Origin: the human T2T-CHM13v2.0 reference genome, Homo sapiens
Strand: one strand, 5' to 3'
Length of the DNA stretch: 64,000 bases
Assembly: GCF_009914755.1 (NCBI RefSeq)
Contig: NC_060937.1
This document shows positions 1-13,620 of this stretch, piece after piece. The first letter of the stretch is position 1; each line of letters starts with the position of its first letter. The translations under genes were made by a program, and so were the position numbers. Under the pieces are notes generated by a model, which was not told the origin of the DNA, searched no databases, and saw nothing but the letters and a program-made list of their open reading frames with translations.

Positions 1-510
1 AACGTTTAAGATTGAGATGCTCAAATTAAAGGAATGTTAATAACAAATTCAAAATAATGCAAAGAATGCAGAATTAGCTGCATTAGTGCAATTACAACAA
101 CTTGAAAAGCTAAAATCTTGCTAATAATAATAAAAATGTAACTACAATTCCTGACTAACTTATTCTAGGATGCCCCTTGGAAGAACTGGAAATTTAAAAT
201 CTGTGGTCACAAAGGAGAGTAAAGAGAAAAGACATGCTACCCTCTAAAATTACATAATTTGTTAAAAGAAGACAGAAAACAATAGATAAAAGAAAAACAG
301 GATGTTGGGAGAAATGTGGGAAGAAGACACAAAGTAAAGAAGACAAAAGTCAAGTAACCTTCTGAGGACAAAGAAGCAATTCTTTGGTTTCATAAATACT
401 TTCAAATTTATATTTAGCTTATTCATTTCTATAATCCTTATGTATTTCTCTTACATTTTTCCATAGTGTCTATTAATTGTATCTTTACTTGAATGGAAAT
501 TACCTCTTAC

Positions 511-572
511 CAGAGTGAATGGTATATGTCAGAGTGACTGGTATATGTCAGAATGACTGGTGTATGTCAGAG
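511..572. repeat. 19-bp tandem repeat, 3.3 copies (CAGAGTGACTGGTATATGT)
   Basis: Units read directly at 511-529, 530-548 and 549-567, plus partial CAGAG at 568-572. Confidence 0.9.
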
Positions 573-1664
573 CAGAACTTTCCCACTAATGTCATGTAAT
601 GTGAGGACACAGTATTGTAAAAAGTTTACTAAGTATTTTAATACAAGAAAATATCAAGCACAGTTTACGATCTGTGTATATTTTGGTGCAGGGCACAGGA
701 ATATAGGTCCATGAGTTTCTTTGAAGGTAAATAGACCAATAGATATACAATCACAGCATAAATTTACTCATCAACATTCTTTTTTCTTTTTGTTTAGGTC
801 AAATTATATATTTTGAGTTCCCAGTTAACAGTGTTTACAGATGAGGTTATGATGATGTTATTTGGCTATATCCCAGTGGTATATCAATTGTTGGATTAAA
901 AAACATTTGATGTGATTTAAATCTAATTCTGAATATACTTTAAGTAAGTTAGCAGCACCAAATAAAACAAAATCTAGTAAACTCATCAGTTGGTAAAGGA
1001 CATGGGATATTGAAGTCTTTCCTTAAATTACACTATTTTTCCTTTTATTCTGAGTTATGATATATACAACACAGAGGTTTTCTATCTTCCTAAACCCTTT
1101 TGGGTAGTTATCTAACCTTTAATAAGCTAAACTTCTGAGTTCAAATTCAGTTTATAAAATGGCATTTTCCAAAGAACAGGAAGAGTCATATTTAGAAAAT
1201 ATAAATGCATCGTCGATGTGTGTATTTGCTATTCACTTTTCTCAATGTTCTTATATCATCCAAAAATATCTTCCTAGGTGCTATAGCCAGACATTTTTTC
1301 CCTTCATATATTAGCAACATATCCCTGTTGGATAAAAATATTCAGTGTTTCTTTCTTCAAAGCACCTTAAAATTCAGCTAGCATTTCATACTTTTTTTTC
1401 ATGCTTGTAAAAAAATATCCAGAGAAAAGTATATTTTGTCCATAAAAATCTGATTATTAAACTTTTGGAACAACCACCACAGAAAACAAAGCCAAAGATT
1501 AGAGGATGGTGGAAATGTGTAAAGAGAGATCCATGAAACTATTCAAATTCTAAATTATATTCAGTTTCTAGTGCAAGTTAAAGAGACTTAATAATGCTCA
1601 ACACTTTGATGTGCTTAAAGAGCTGGACAGGCTCTGCTACTTCAGCAAAATAGAAATGCAGGTA

Positions 1665-2135
1665 TATTCAGCCTTTCATACTCATGGGTTCTGCAAAATG
1701 CAGATTCAAATAATGTAAATCTGCATTTTGTAGAACCCATGGGTATGAACCACAGATCCAAATAATGTAAATCTGCATTTTGAAGTAAGTAATGTAAATC
1801 TGCATTTTGAAGTAAGTAATGTAAATTTGCATTCTGCAGAACCCATGCATATGAACTGTAGATCCAAAATATTTTTTAAAAGGATGGATTGCATCTTTAC
1901 TAAACATGTACAGACTTTTTTTTGTCATTATTCCCTAAGCAACACAATGTAATAATTATTTACATAATATTTAGTATCACAAGTAATCTAGAGATGATTT
2001 AAAGAACACAGGATGATATGCATAGGTCATATGCAAACAACATGCCATTTTATATAAGGGACTTGAACATCCATGGATTTTGGTATCTGCAGGGGGTCCC
2101 AGAATCGTTTCCCCTTGGATACCAAAGGATGACTT
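1665..2135 (-). mobile_element. MER2 (TcMar-Tigger non-autonomous DNA transposon) with internal duplications
   Basis: Reverse complement follows the recalled MER2 consensus (..GTCATCCTTTGGTATCC..GATACCAAAATCCATGGATGTTCAAGTCCC..TTTAAATCATCTCTAGATTAC..GGGAATAATGACAAAAAAAAGTCTGTACATG); TA flanks at both ends. Confidence 0.85.
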
Positions 2136-2879
2136 TATTTCACTTCTAAGAGATGGTGCTCCTGAGTAGTGCTCCTGAGTAGGCAGCCTTTGGGCAAAGG
2201 AAGTCAACAGAAGGTTTAGCAAATGCATCTCAATTGAAACATAATCTATTTATAATACAATTTACCTAATCCTATGCCAGGCATCTGTGGGCTGGGCTTG
2301 AAAGAAAAACAAAAACAAATAAAACACCGAAAACAATTACCTAGAACCACAAAGCCATAAACTGCTAGAAAATAAGAGCAGTTGGTGGTCTTAGCTGATT
2401 AGTGGCCATCAAAGATAGGCTTGGGGTTCTGTCAATCAGGAAAACAGCCAAACGCACAAACCTCCATATGATTATTAGTATTATTGCTCAGTAGAAACAT
2501 ATATCCCCCAAAGCAAACATAATTACAACAGCCTGCTTTATGTATGGACTGCATCTCTCCCTTATTCATAGCTTTAGCATATTATGCAAATCTCTTTTAT
2601 TTTAAGCTTCAATAATGAATCATTTTAGTACTGGTTTGAACAAAATTTAAGGAAGCCTGCTTTCTATGGAAATTGACAAATTTTATCCGTGCAGCTTTTC
2701 CTTCCCTCTTCTATATTTTTACCAGGATTTATGATGTTTTCTCTTCTCCTACACTTTTTTTTTCTTTACATATATTTGAAAATGAATCAAATAGTGTCGT
2801 TATGTACATGGAAGGGGTTGACAGGGCTTGCCAAGTTGCTGGTGGATCAGGTCATACCAGCAATATTGAGTGATCCCTT

Positions 2880-2950
2880 ATCTAGTAACCCTTGCCATGT
2901 ACAGAACTATGTGCTAGATACTAGAGAAACAAGAATAAAGCAACCCTTCC
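2880..2950 (-). mobile_element. L2 3' fragment
   Basis: CCATGTACAGAACTATGTGCTAGATACTAGAGAAACAAG resembles the antisense L2 3' end. Confidence 0.45.
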
Positions 2951-3102
2951 GCTTTGTAGATTTGTTTTTTTGGCATGTCTAAATGTATAGGATAACAAGA
3001 TGTATATGTACATGTGTATATATGTGTGTATATATATTTTTTCTTAAACACTGTGTGTGTATGAGTAAGAACAGACGTCCTAATTAGAAGATTATCTGCT
3101 TG

Positions 3103-3439
<337 letters not shown>

Positions 3440-3719
3440 CTAGGTTTGAGTGCACACATAATCAAGTTAAGCAGAGAGTTGGAGCTGAACATTTCTTCAT
3501 GATTAAGGAGTGAAAAATTTGGAGAACCTGAAGAAAGAGATTGGGATCAGGAAGGCTGCATAAGCAAAAAGGGAAAGAAAGAGAATAAAGGTAGCTGATT
3601 ATGGCTAACCACAGAACAGATTTTAGGTAATAATTCTGAGGACTAGAAGTTGTTTCTCATGAGCATTTAATTTAGAACTTTCCATTCCTAACTGTATAAT
3701 CCTCAGTATATTTGATGTT

Positions 3720-4250
3720 TCTCATACTTGTGTTTATGCATGAAATATTTGTTATAAAAACATATAACAAATGATATTATCAAGACACATGGAGACACCA
3801 CCCAGCTTAAGAATTTAGTATTTGCAGCTATAATGGAAGCATTTTATATACTTTCATATTCTTTCTTCCCCAGAGATTGCCATTATCCCAATTCCTATTT
3901 TTCATACATCTGTATGATTATACATACATACATGACAAGTTATTTAAATGAATATAGTAGGCATTTTAGTGTACTTATTCTTCAACCTGTGATATGCTCT
4001 ATATTATTTTCAGAGAGGTAGTTTTGGAGAGTCAGTTTATTTATAAAATACAAACAATTTCTTTAAATTCATTTGTTGTATTGATTTATTGATTTTTTAA
4101 TCCCTCATTTTTTGATTACTGGTTTGAGAATTATTAAATTATATTTCTATTCCTTTAGGGGTTATCCTTTGAAATTTAGTATGAAGATGTGAGTCAGTAA
4201 AGGCTAAAGTTATTTAACATTTATATTTTATTCCTGAAAAATAAAATAAT
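3720..4250 (-). mobile_element. Old L1 (L1M/L1ME-type) fragments
   Basis: CACCACCCAGCTTAAGAA..CCCCAGAGATTGCCATTATCC resembles an antisense L1ME 3' end; heavily diverged. Confidence 0.4.
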
Positions 4251-6732
4251 CATGGAAGTGAGACTGCTCTGCTCTTCTCACTCACTGCTCTTCCCATCCC
4301 CAGCCACGTACACACAGCGAAGATACGTTTTCTCTTTGTTCTCTCTCTCTCTCTCTTTTATCTTCCATAGCCCATCAGATTGCTGAAGTATATAGGTCAT
4401 TGAACATCCCAGTATTGGGTAAGGGTCTTAGTCAAAGCTCTCTATCTCCTTCAAGACCTATCCAAGCCTTGTCATTTTTCCCTCTTCATTCCTGAGAGCT
4501 GTGACTCTTTTTACTCTAAAGTCAACACTGCCAGAAAGTCTGACTCACTGGATCTGAAATGAGGCTTGAAAAATCCAGTCTTGTCAAAGCTTTGTGGATT
4601 ATTCCAAAATTGTCTGAGACTTTAGAGCAACCATTTAGATAGTTATATATTCCAGTTTATTGGGTGTCTAATAGTTGCACTACAGATGATCTCTTTTTGT
4701 AGGTAGATTATGTGAGTATTCCTTTTTCAGAATATGTTGCTCATGCATAATACTTGTGTTGCTTAGCACAGAATATGGCATAACACAGGCCATCAAAATT
4801 TATGTGTGGACTCAATTAGCAGATGTATAAAACAAATGATAGAAGACAGTTATGAAAAGCCTGTAAGGGACAAAGATTTACTTCTAAAATGTGGTATAAT
4901 GAAATAAGTTCTATTATTCTGTAATTTTCATAGCTATTTTGAGAGAGGAAAATACAGATAAATGGAATATCTATAATTGAGAGGGGGAAAATATATTTAA
5001 GAGCCCTGAAAACCTGAATTGAAAATTGGAATAATAACTTAATAGAAGAAGGGTGACTGTGTCTGGAGTAGACGCTTTATTGTCCTTTAGCATGAGTCAC
5101 TCTCTGTTGGTTTATTTATAACTCTTCTGCCATGTTCTGCAGTGATGTAAATCCTATGATAAAACAGAGCAGGGGTACACCCAGCAGGTTGGCTCTACTT
5201 TTCCACATATTTTCTTTAATAAGACCTGGGGCTTGCAGAGGCTGACTGCTCTTATAGCAGGGACTGTTGACAAGGCATAGCACAGCATTACTCTTTAAAC
5301 TATGCTGCGATTCCTGACATCAGCAGAATAGTCATACTTATGCAGAAAAGGAAGTAGCATTAGTGATTAGGCATTTTAACTCTGTAAGAAGAAAAAGAAT
5401 TCAAAAACTTTCGAATTTTGTGAAGATTAAGAAATGAAAAAAAGAAAATCTCAGTATCTCTGTGATACTAAGAGCAATTTCAGTGCTGTGGAGAGGGAAG
5501 TGCATTCTCAAAAAGACCAACACATTGAGATTGATACCTAGAACATAATTGGTTCTGTAAAGAGGTTTTCTGCTTGGCTAAACTATATTTTCACACTTAA
5601 AAGTCACAGTAGAAAAACCTTGTACCAGACATTAGAAAACTTTTTTCTTTTTTAATTTAAGGATCAATGTTTGTCTTTAATCCGGAACAAATGACCTCTT
5701 TGAATCTAAAATGAGGAAATAAATAAGTCTAGCTTTCTCAGGAGATCAGTAATAGGATACAAAGATGTTAACTTCTAGCTCACAGATGCATTAAATTCCA
5801 ACCAAACCACTGGTGACTAAACATTATAATATCCAATAGCTTTTTTTTTTTTTTAAATAACTTGATAGTCCCAGTTCAATTTCCAAACATAGACGTCACA
5901 TAAATACAAAACGTGACTCAATTAGTGATTCCGTCTTTAGCTGCAGCCACATATTAAAGGAACATTTTTCTCATCTGTAAAAGAGACATGCAATGCAGAT
6001 GGGGACCATTTCTTTCTGATTCAACTAGAGATCTCAGGGCAAGGATGTTTAAATCAGAAAACAAAAGTTGTTAGTAGTTAAGAACGTAAACTTTTTTTGT
6101 AAATCTGTATTTGTCTCCTCCAGTTTTGAACACTCTAGATGATTCTTTTAGAGATGCCTTTCATAGGAGTGTGTGGAATTTCTCTCTGAGTAAATTGCTC
6201 TACTTCTTGGGAAATTATTAATAAATTTCTGAGCAGAAGCATATGATTACACTTTCACTGAGCGTGAAACAGGATCATGCTAAACTGGACAAGTTAATTG
6301 CTTTATCCTGGAAGGTGACCCATTTACTTCAAAATATTTTGAATATATATCACATATATTACATAAATTCCAATATATAATTGTTCACTTTTTTTGCTTA
6401 TTTACTTATCCTACTTATATACTACTTACATACACAATAATTCAAACACCCTCCATTTGAAAAAATATAAGATGTAAATTTATTGCATACTGAATGGCTC
6501 AAACATATCTGTAGTCTTAAACACTATTACAGTTATATTGGAATCAGTGGCATACAATTATTTTCTAAGTGTTTTTCTTTTTAACATTTTCTGTTTCAGT
6601 CGACTAAGAAATGCTCTTTAACTAGCACATTCATTCATTTGGATAGACTAATTAATGCAGAATTTTATTATAAAATATTTTCTCTTCATATTTATGAACT
6701 TTTTCTCACCATATTTGTTATTTCCTCTGTAT

Positions 6733-6912
6733 CTGCACAGTCCAACATAGTTGGACATTAGCCCCAGGTTGCTGTAAAATTAAAAATTCAGTTTCACAGT
6801 CTCATTCCTCATTCCCCTTTGTGAACTCAAAGCCACACATGGCCAGTGGTTACCTAATTACAGCAAAAATAGAGCATTTGCATCATTTCAGTGAGTTTTA
6901 TTGGACAGCACG
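6733..6912 (-). mobile_element. MER3 (hAT-Charlie)
   Basis: Terminal inverted repeats CTGCACAGTCCAACA / TATTGGACAGCAC; internal AAAATTCAGTT..AGCCACACATGGCCAGTGG..TAGAGCATTTGCATCAT matches recalled MER3. Confidence 0.75.
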
Positions 6913-7899
6913 GCTTTGGATTATACCATATTGATTCTTGTGATATACTGTCTGTCTATATGTGTATATATATATATGTATATGTACATATACACACACT
7001 AAATTAATCCAGTGTGTGTGTCTGACTAAATTTAGTCCATATATTCTACTTTCCTATTACTCATGCAAAATTCATATTTGCCTCAGTATGTTAAAATTGC
7101 TTTCATTTTAGTATGCTTGTCCAATGTAAATCTTTTGACTTTTTTGGCTGATACTATAAAATGTGAACTAAGGAAGTATTAGTGTTCGTATTTTGCATGT
7201 ATTCAATTTTAATAATGGAGAAAGCCAGATGAGATAGATACAAGCAGAGATAACTCCATTTTTATATACCAATTTTAGCAAAAATGAAGCTCAACTATAA
7301 GAGAGTAATGAAAAATAGCAAAAAAAATCATATTATTATTCCATGCATCTGAAGTTTTTAAAATTCCTGTAACAACATTACACGGACATAATAGATCCCA
7401 CTCTTTTAAATAAATAAATAAATTAAGACATGTATCACCACCTTATGATTTTTTATTTACATCCTATTTTTATTTATTTCTCATTTGCTGTAAAGGCAAA
7501 TAGGAAAACCTGCACAGGAATATAAGCATGGTCTCCAAATAATAAAAGCAAAATAATACACATGTAGTTCTTCATCACATTTATTTCCATAAGCAATCAC
7601 CAATCCCCCCCACCAGAGGATTCATTTACTAACATCAAGGGTAATATGTCAGCTACATAAATTTTAAATAATCTAGTTAAAGATATTTGGAAAGTTGAAG
7701 CACTGGTTCATTAAAGTTTTCTTTTTATTCAAAGTTTCACTCAGAGAATAGTGAGTGAATATAGTTGCTATGTTTTGAATGTCTGTCCTCTCCAAAACTA
7801 TGTAGAAACCTGATCCCCAGTGTGGCAATACTGAGAGGTGGGGTCTTTAAGAGGTGATTGGTAATGAGGGCTCTGCCCGCATAAATTTGTGGGTTAATG

Positions 7900-8724
<825 letters not shown>

Positions 8725-9010
8725 GGTTAATGGAGTAGTGAGTTATTTTGGGAATAGGACTGGTGGCTTTATTAGAATAGAAAGAAAGGCCAGAGCTAGC
8801 ACACTCAGCTCCCTAGCCATGTGATGCCCTGTACTGGCCTGGAATTCTGCAGAGAGAGTCCCCATTCCCATTGGCAAGAAGGCCCTCTGATATGACCAGA
8901 AGATTCCATCAACCTTGGACTTCAATTAACTGTAAGAAATTTTTTTATTTCTAAATAAATTACCCACTTTAAGGTATTCTGTTAATAGCAACAGAAACTA
9001 AAGCAATAGT

Positions 9011-9145
9011 ATAATGGTTAAAAACATGGCTTTGGTGCAATAGAATCATAGATTGAATTTGCACAATTCCTTTAGCTTTTCTGAGACCATTTTTCTCCTC
9101 TACAATGGTAATAACAATACTTCATTGGGTTTCTCTAAATATTAA
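9011..9145 (+). mobile_element. MIR (host of the MSTC insertion; its 5' few bases lie at ~7755-7765)
   Basis: ATAATGGTTAAAAACATGGCTTTGG..TTTTCTGAGACCATTTTTCTCCTCTACAATGGTAATAACAATAC resembles the MIR core. Confidence 0.55.
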
Positions 9146-10618
9146 AATACAGTAAAATGTATCTTCTTGCTTACAATAAAGAATGTATACTTTAGCACTT
9201 TCCCCTTTGCCTCTCTCTTTCTAATTTGGGCTTTATTTTTTCTAAAGTTGATTAGGTTTCTCCTCGTAGTGAGAGACATGGGCACCAGTAACTACCAGAG
9301 ACACAAAACCTCACAGCTGAACCTCAGGTAAAAAGCTCCTTCTACTAGCTTCAGATAAAAATAATGGAGAAATCTCACATATAGCTGCTCCATTTGCATG
9401 TCTATGCTGTGACCTAATCATCATGAAAAGATTTTTATGGTTTTCGTCAGAGGCCCATTTATTCTACAGTCACTCCATGTAGAGGAATGGACAATGTCTG
9501 CTTACATTAGGACTTATGCTACAGGTGGAGAGGCAGAACAAAGAAGAGAGAGTTGTTTTTAGAAGAAAGGAGGAATACTAGCAATTAAAAAATAAATAAT
9601 ATCTAGTTAGATTCACTGTCTTCATTATAATTAAATATTTAGTTTTAGTGTGTATTGTAAATAGATTGTGCAATTGCTAATATGGAAAGCTGATTACTCT
9701 GGAATCAGGTGGAATGAATCAATACCATTAACTGGTTTTCAGATGAGGCATACAATCCCCATCAATTAATACAGAAACTAACAAGCCTCTAGTTTTTCAT
9801 TTTTAACAGCTGCCTCTATTTGTTGAAACTTGGTGGAACACAGTTTTGTGGCTTCAAGAGGGGATTTCTTTAAAGTTTAGAATATTGAAATTTCAAAAAA
9901 GTGGGAAGTATTTTAAGTACAAGATGTGCTATTCTCACCAATGAAATTGTAGCACAGTACAATGCAGTATGTATATATGAATCATTAGGTTACAGTATTT
10001 TTAGTAAGGAGGTAGTAACATAAAAACTGCTCACATTAGGGATATATGCCTTATTCTTTGGGCAAGATTGCACATTAAGTCTTTTAATTGTAATGAATTG
10101 GAATTTGAAGACCGGAAGTTTTCACTCACTGTATCTAGCCCAGACCTTACTAGTCTAGCCTTCCGTCTAGTCCTCCGACTGCCTGAAGCTGCAACTTTTC
10201 AATGATTGAAAAAGTTATTTCCCCTTTTGCTAGTGGTCTGAACATTGACAACGGAATATGTTCTTGAAATTTAGTTATATATGTATCAACAAATTTATTT
10301 TGGAGTGTAGCTTATTTTCACTCTTCTTAATTTATTCAGGGCAGAATTTAAGGGTGTTTAATTATATCCAATTATATTATTCTTTTACGATATATGAGAC
10401 ATTAATTTCTTATTCAAAGAAACAAGCATATTTTATAAATAGGAAAGAATTCTTTTCCTGGGGTACATGAAGACATCACCTGTACTCATCACTTATTGAA
10501 TAAGGGAAGATTATATCTTGAGAAAATATATAGAGTTGATATAGCTTGATTAAGCCAAGAGCCTGTAGATGCAGCCTCTTAATTACACGTGTTTCTCATA
10601 AACATCAGTTCATGGACT

Positions 10619-11138
10619 TGTTACTCATGCCCTGGGTTCTTGCAACCTCCCAGGATAGAAATCAAGAGAGACTACCAGGTATAACTGCAAGGAGAAGGTT
10701 TATTTAGCTTGTTCACAAGGGAACCAGTACCATAAAAAGAAAGAATGGGCTGCTGCCCAAAAGCAGTGTGGAAGTTAATTTTATACAGCTTTCCTATGAG
10801 AAAGAGTGATGTCAAGGCATGTATGGGAGGGCCCTTTATAACACTTGTGCAGTGGTTTAACATGTTTCTTTATACATTGCATGTAGCATTAGCATTTTAA
10901 ATCTCCATTTCTAGGTATTATTGATAGTATTATAATGAAGATGGCGTAATTGTAGGTTTAGGTTAAGTCTGTGTATGTGGGGCTTCAGAGAAGTCCCTAA
11001 CTCCATGCACTTGTGGTTAACAACATCTAGGGTCTGTTGTTGCTGATTGGCTGAAAGTTAGGTAAGCTACATCTTGAGTAAGGGGCTTTTGTTCTCCTCC
11101 AGACCAGATCACACCAGAAAGCCAGCCTTCCTGTTTCA
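10619..11138 (-). mobile_element. ERV1-class solo LTR (MER66-like, subfamily uncertain)
   Basis: TG..CA termini; 4-bp TSD GACT at 10615-10618 and 11139-11142; TTTATT (polyA signal on the - strand) near 10700. Confidence 0.7.
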
Positions 11139-11649
11139 GACTCATGTAACAAAATTGTGTAGGGTTTTTTGTTTGTTTATTTTTGTTTTCTTTTGTTTTC
11201 TTCCCCAAGGGTATACTATACAAGTTTGTATTCATTAGTTCTGGAATAATCATGGACAAAGTGGCATTTTGAGCTAGATTAGAAAGATTACTGGATTTGG
11301 GTAGAAAACATGAGTGTGTTGTATGTATTGCAGAGGTTGAGTTGAATTAGAAGAAATGGAAAGCAGTAAAAAGTTTTATGAAGTTCTTAAAACCTTCTGG
11401 TGGTATGAAAAAAATATTTTTTTTTAAATGAAGGACATTTAATTTGGGTAACTGGGTCAATGGTGATATATGTCATGCTTATGGAATATCTTGAAATTAA
11501 GCAGAAAAATAAGGTGACAATAAGAGAATAATGAGTGATTTTATGTTGTGGATAAGAAAAAGTGACGAAAATAGTTTTGAGAGAAGAAGTGAGGTGTGTG
11601 TGTATGTGTGTGTATTATAAAATTGTGATTAACTTTTTGTCATATTGTT

Positions 11650-13620
11650 ATTGGTTTTCCTTTTTTCAATTTATCATTTACATTTTAAATATAAAAATCA
11701 AGAGTAACAGTACTTTGTCCCATCACGTGACTGTCACATTCTACCTTGTAAAGCTTTTGTTTAGTGTTTGAACATATACCTTCGTACTCTTTCCTCCTCC
11801 ATTTTGCATAACATTCAAAAAGACTCTTCTTTTCTGTATGTGTAAAACACTGACCCTCACTCTGTAATACATATTCCTGAAATATCATAATGTTTTGTCA
11901 TTTCAACCATATATGTGCAGTAAATATTATCTGTCTGTCTTCTACTTGTATTTAGTGTTCTTCAGTTTGATCATGATATATTTAAGTATGAAGTTCTTTT
12001 TGAAGATGTAACTGAATGCTTTTCAAGAGTATTGTATCTTTCATCAATTCTAGAAATTTTCCGGATTAAGTTTTTTCCAGTATTTTCCTTCTCCAATCAC
12101 TTTACATTCAGATACGTATTATGTTTTCTTATCCAATTGTCCCGTATCTCTTAAACCTCTTTTATATTTTATCTTTCTGATGTTCTGTATTGAATTCTGG
12201 GTATTTTCTTCAGATGAATCATCAATCTAACTAATCATTTCTTCTGCTGTGCTGATTCTACTATTTAACTCTTATGTAGCATTTCAATTTGAGTTATTAC
12301 ATTTGTTAACATCTCTACCAATAAGTTGGTTAATTAGTCTCCCTCACAGATCTGTATCTATTTCTAGTTTTCTCTTTTCAAGAAAATTTTCAATTTCTTT
12401 TGCAATACTTTAAGCATATTAAGAAGTTTTTATTTCACTCTTTAAAGTGTATTAGTTTCCTATTATTGCAGTAACAAATGACCACAACTCACAACTTCGT
12501 GGCAAATGTGTTCTCTTAAAGTTGTGGAGAACAGAAGTCTGAAATGAGTCTTCAGGAGCTCAAGTGAAAATATTGGCAGGGCTGGTTCCTTCAGGCAGCC
12601 CCAGAGTGGAATCTGTTCCTTTATTTCTCCAGCCTCTAAGGCATCTGGAATTCCTTGCTCCTTGGCTCTTTGGCTCATGGCTGCATCACTCCAGTCTCTG
12701 CTTCCTTCAACAGATCTCTTTCTCTCTGACTCTAACTCTACTGCTTCTCTCTTATAAAGATAATCCAGGATTACAGGATAATCTCAGAAAATGTCTCCAT
12801 CTTAAAATCTTTAACTTAATCACATATGAGAAGCCTCTTTTACCATATAAGGTAACATATTCACAGGTTCTAGAAATTCAGATGTCAACATATTTGAGGT
12901 CTAATATTCAGCCTACCACAATATGTAATAATTCTAATATATAATATTTTATTATCTAGCATTTTTAATTTTTTCCTGCTGCATACCACTCATGGAGACT
13001 CATTTCTTGTATTATTTTATGATTTTTAATTGGGTTTCTTTTTTTTATAACTCTTTATGGCATTCCTATGCGGCTTTTTTCTGGGGTCAATTCCCTGGAG
13101 AGGATAAGTGCCTTTGTTTTGTTTAGTTTTGTTTTGTCTGCCTGAGATTTGGAGGAAATACAAACCCAGTCTACTCTAAATTAAATTTTCTTTTGTATTT
13201 TTGAACCAGACAAATAGTGTAAAATTCAGTTCTCCTACTAGTCAGTTGCCATAAAATCCCATAAGATGCTATTTTTATTTTTCTTCTACCAAGAGCCGAA
13301 ACACGAGAGACAAAATTTCCTTACTGTCAGACTGTCCTCAAATTGTCTTCTAGTTAACTACCTCTTTTTATGCTATAGAACTTTCTTTATTCTTTACTTC
13401 ATGTGTGGTGAATTCCTATCTAGTTCCCCAGCCAGCACACGTACAAGTCAACAGATTCTCAGCATATCCCTCTCTTCACAGGTACATGAATTCATGATAC
13501 ACGGCAGCTTCAGCAACTGCTTACTGTCCAAGTTTTGTCTTTCCAGTTTGTTCTGACCTCATAGAAATTCTGTTTTTCTATGGCGTATACATCTACTCTT
13601 TTAAAGAATATGATTTACAT
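11650..13620 (-). mobile_element. Old L1M (ORF1/5' region) fragments, split by an MLT1 LTR
   Basis: T-rich antisense L1M-like motifs such as TCTTTCATCAATTCTAGAAATTTT and TTCTTCTGCTGTGCTGATTCTACTATT. Confidence 0.55.
12448..12920 (-). mobile_element. MLT1C/MLT1D-type MaLR solo LTR
   Basis: TGTATTAGTTTCCTATT..GTAACAAATGACCACAA start and ..ATTCAGCCTACCACA end; CTTAATCACAT..AAGGTAACATATTCACAGGTTCTAG. Confidence 0.88.

Noticed and set aside
798-943. Possible exon (TTTGTTTAG acceptor, GTAAGT donor)
   Set aside because: Splice-like motifs are frequent in AT-rich DNA; no supporting reading frame or other evidence.
1711-1855. Repeat array resembling CRISPR
   Set aside because: Spacers are identical or absent, the DNA is eukaryotic and there are no cas genes; it is a local duplication.
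1668-1928. ORFs with repeated peptide (MQIYITYFK)
   Set aside because: The repeat arises from the 27-bp DNA duplication inside MER2; not a protein repeat.
9160-9590. Possible very old MLT1 LTR fragment
   Set aside because: Resemblance too weak to assign boundaries or family by eye.
12564-12944. 126-aa ORF (also the 121-aa ORF at 19063-19428)
   Set aside because: They lie within MLT1 LTR or internal sequence and are chance ORFs.
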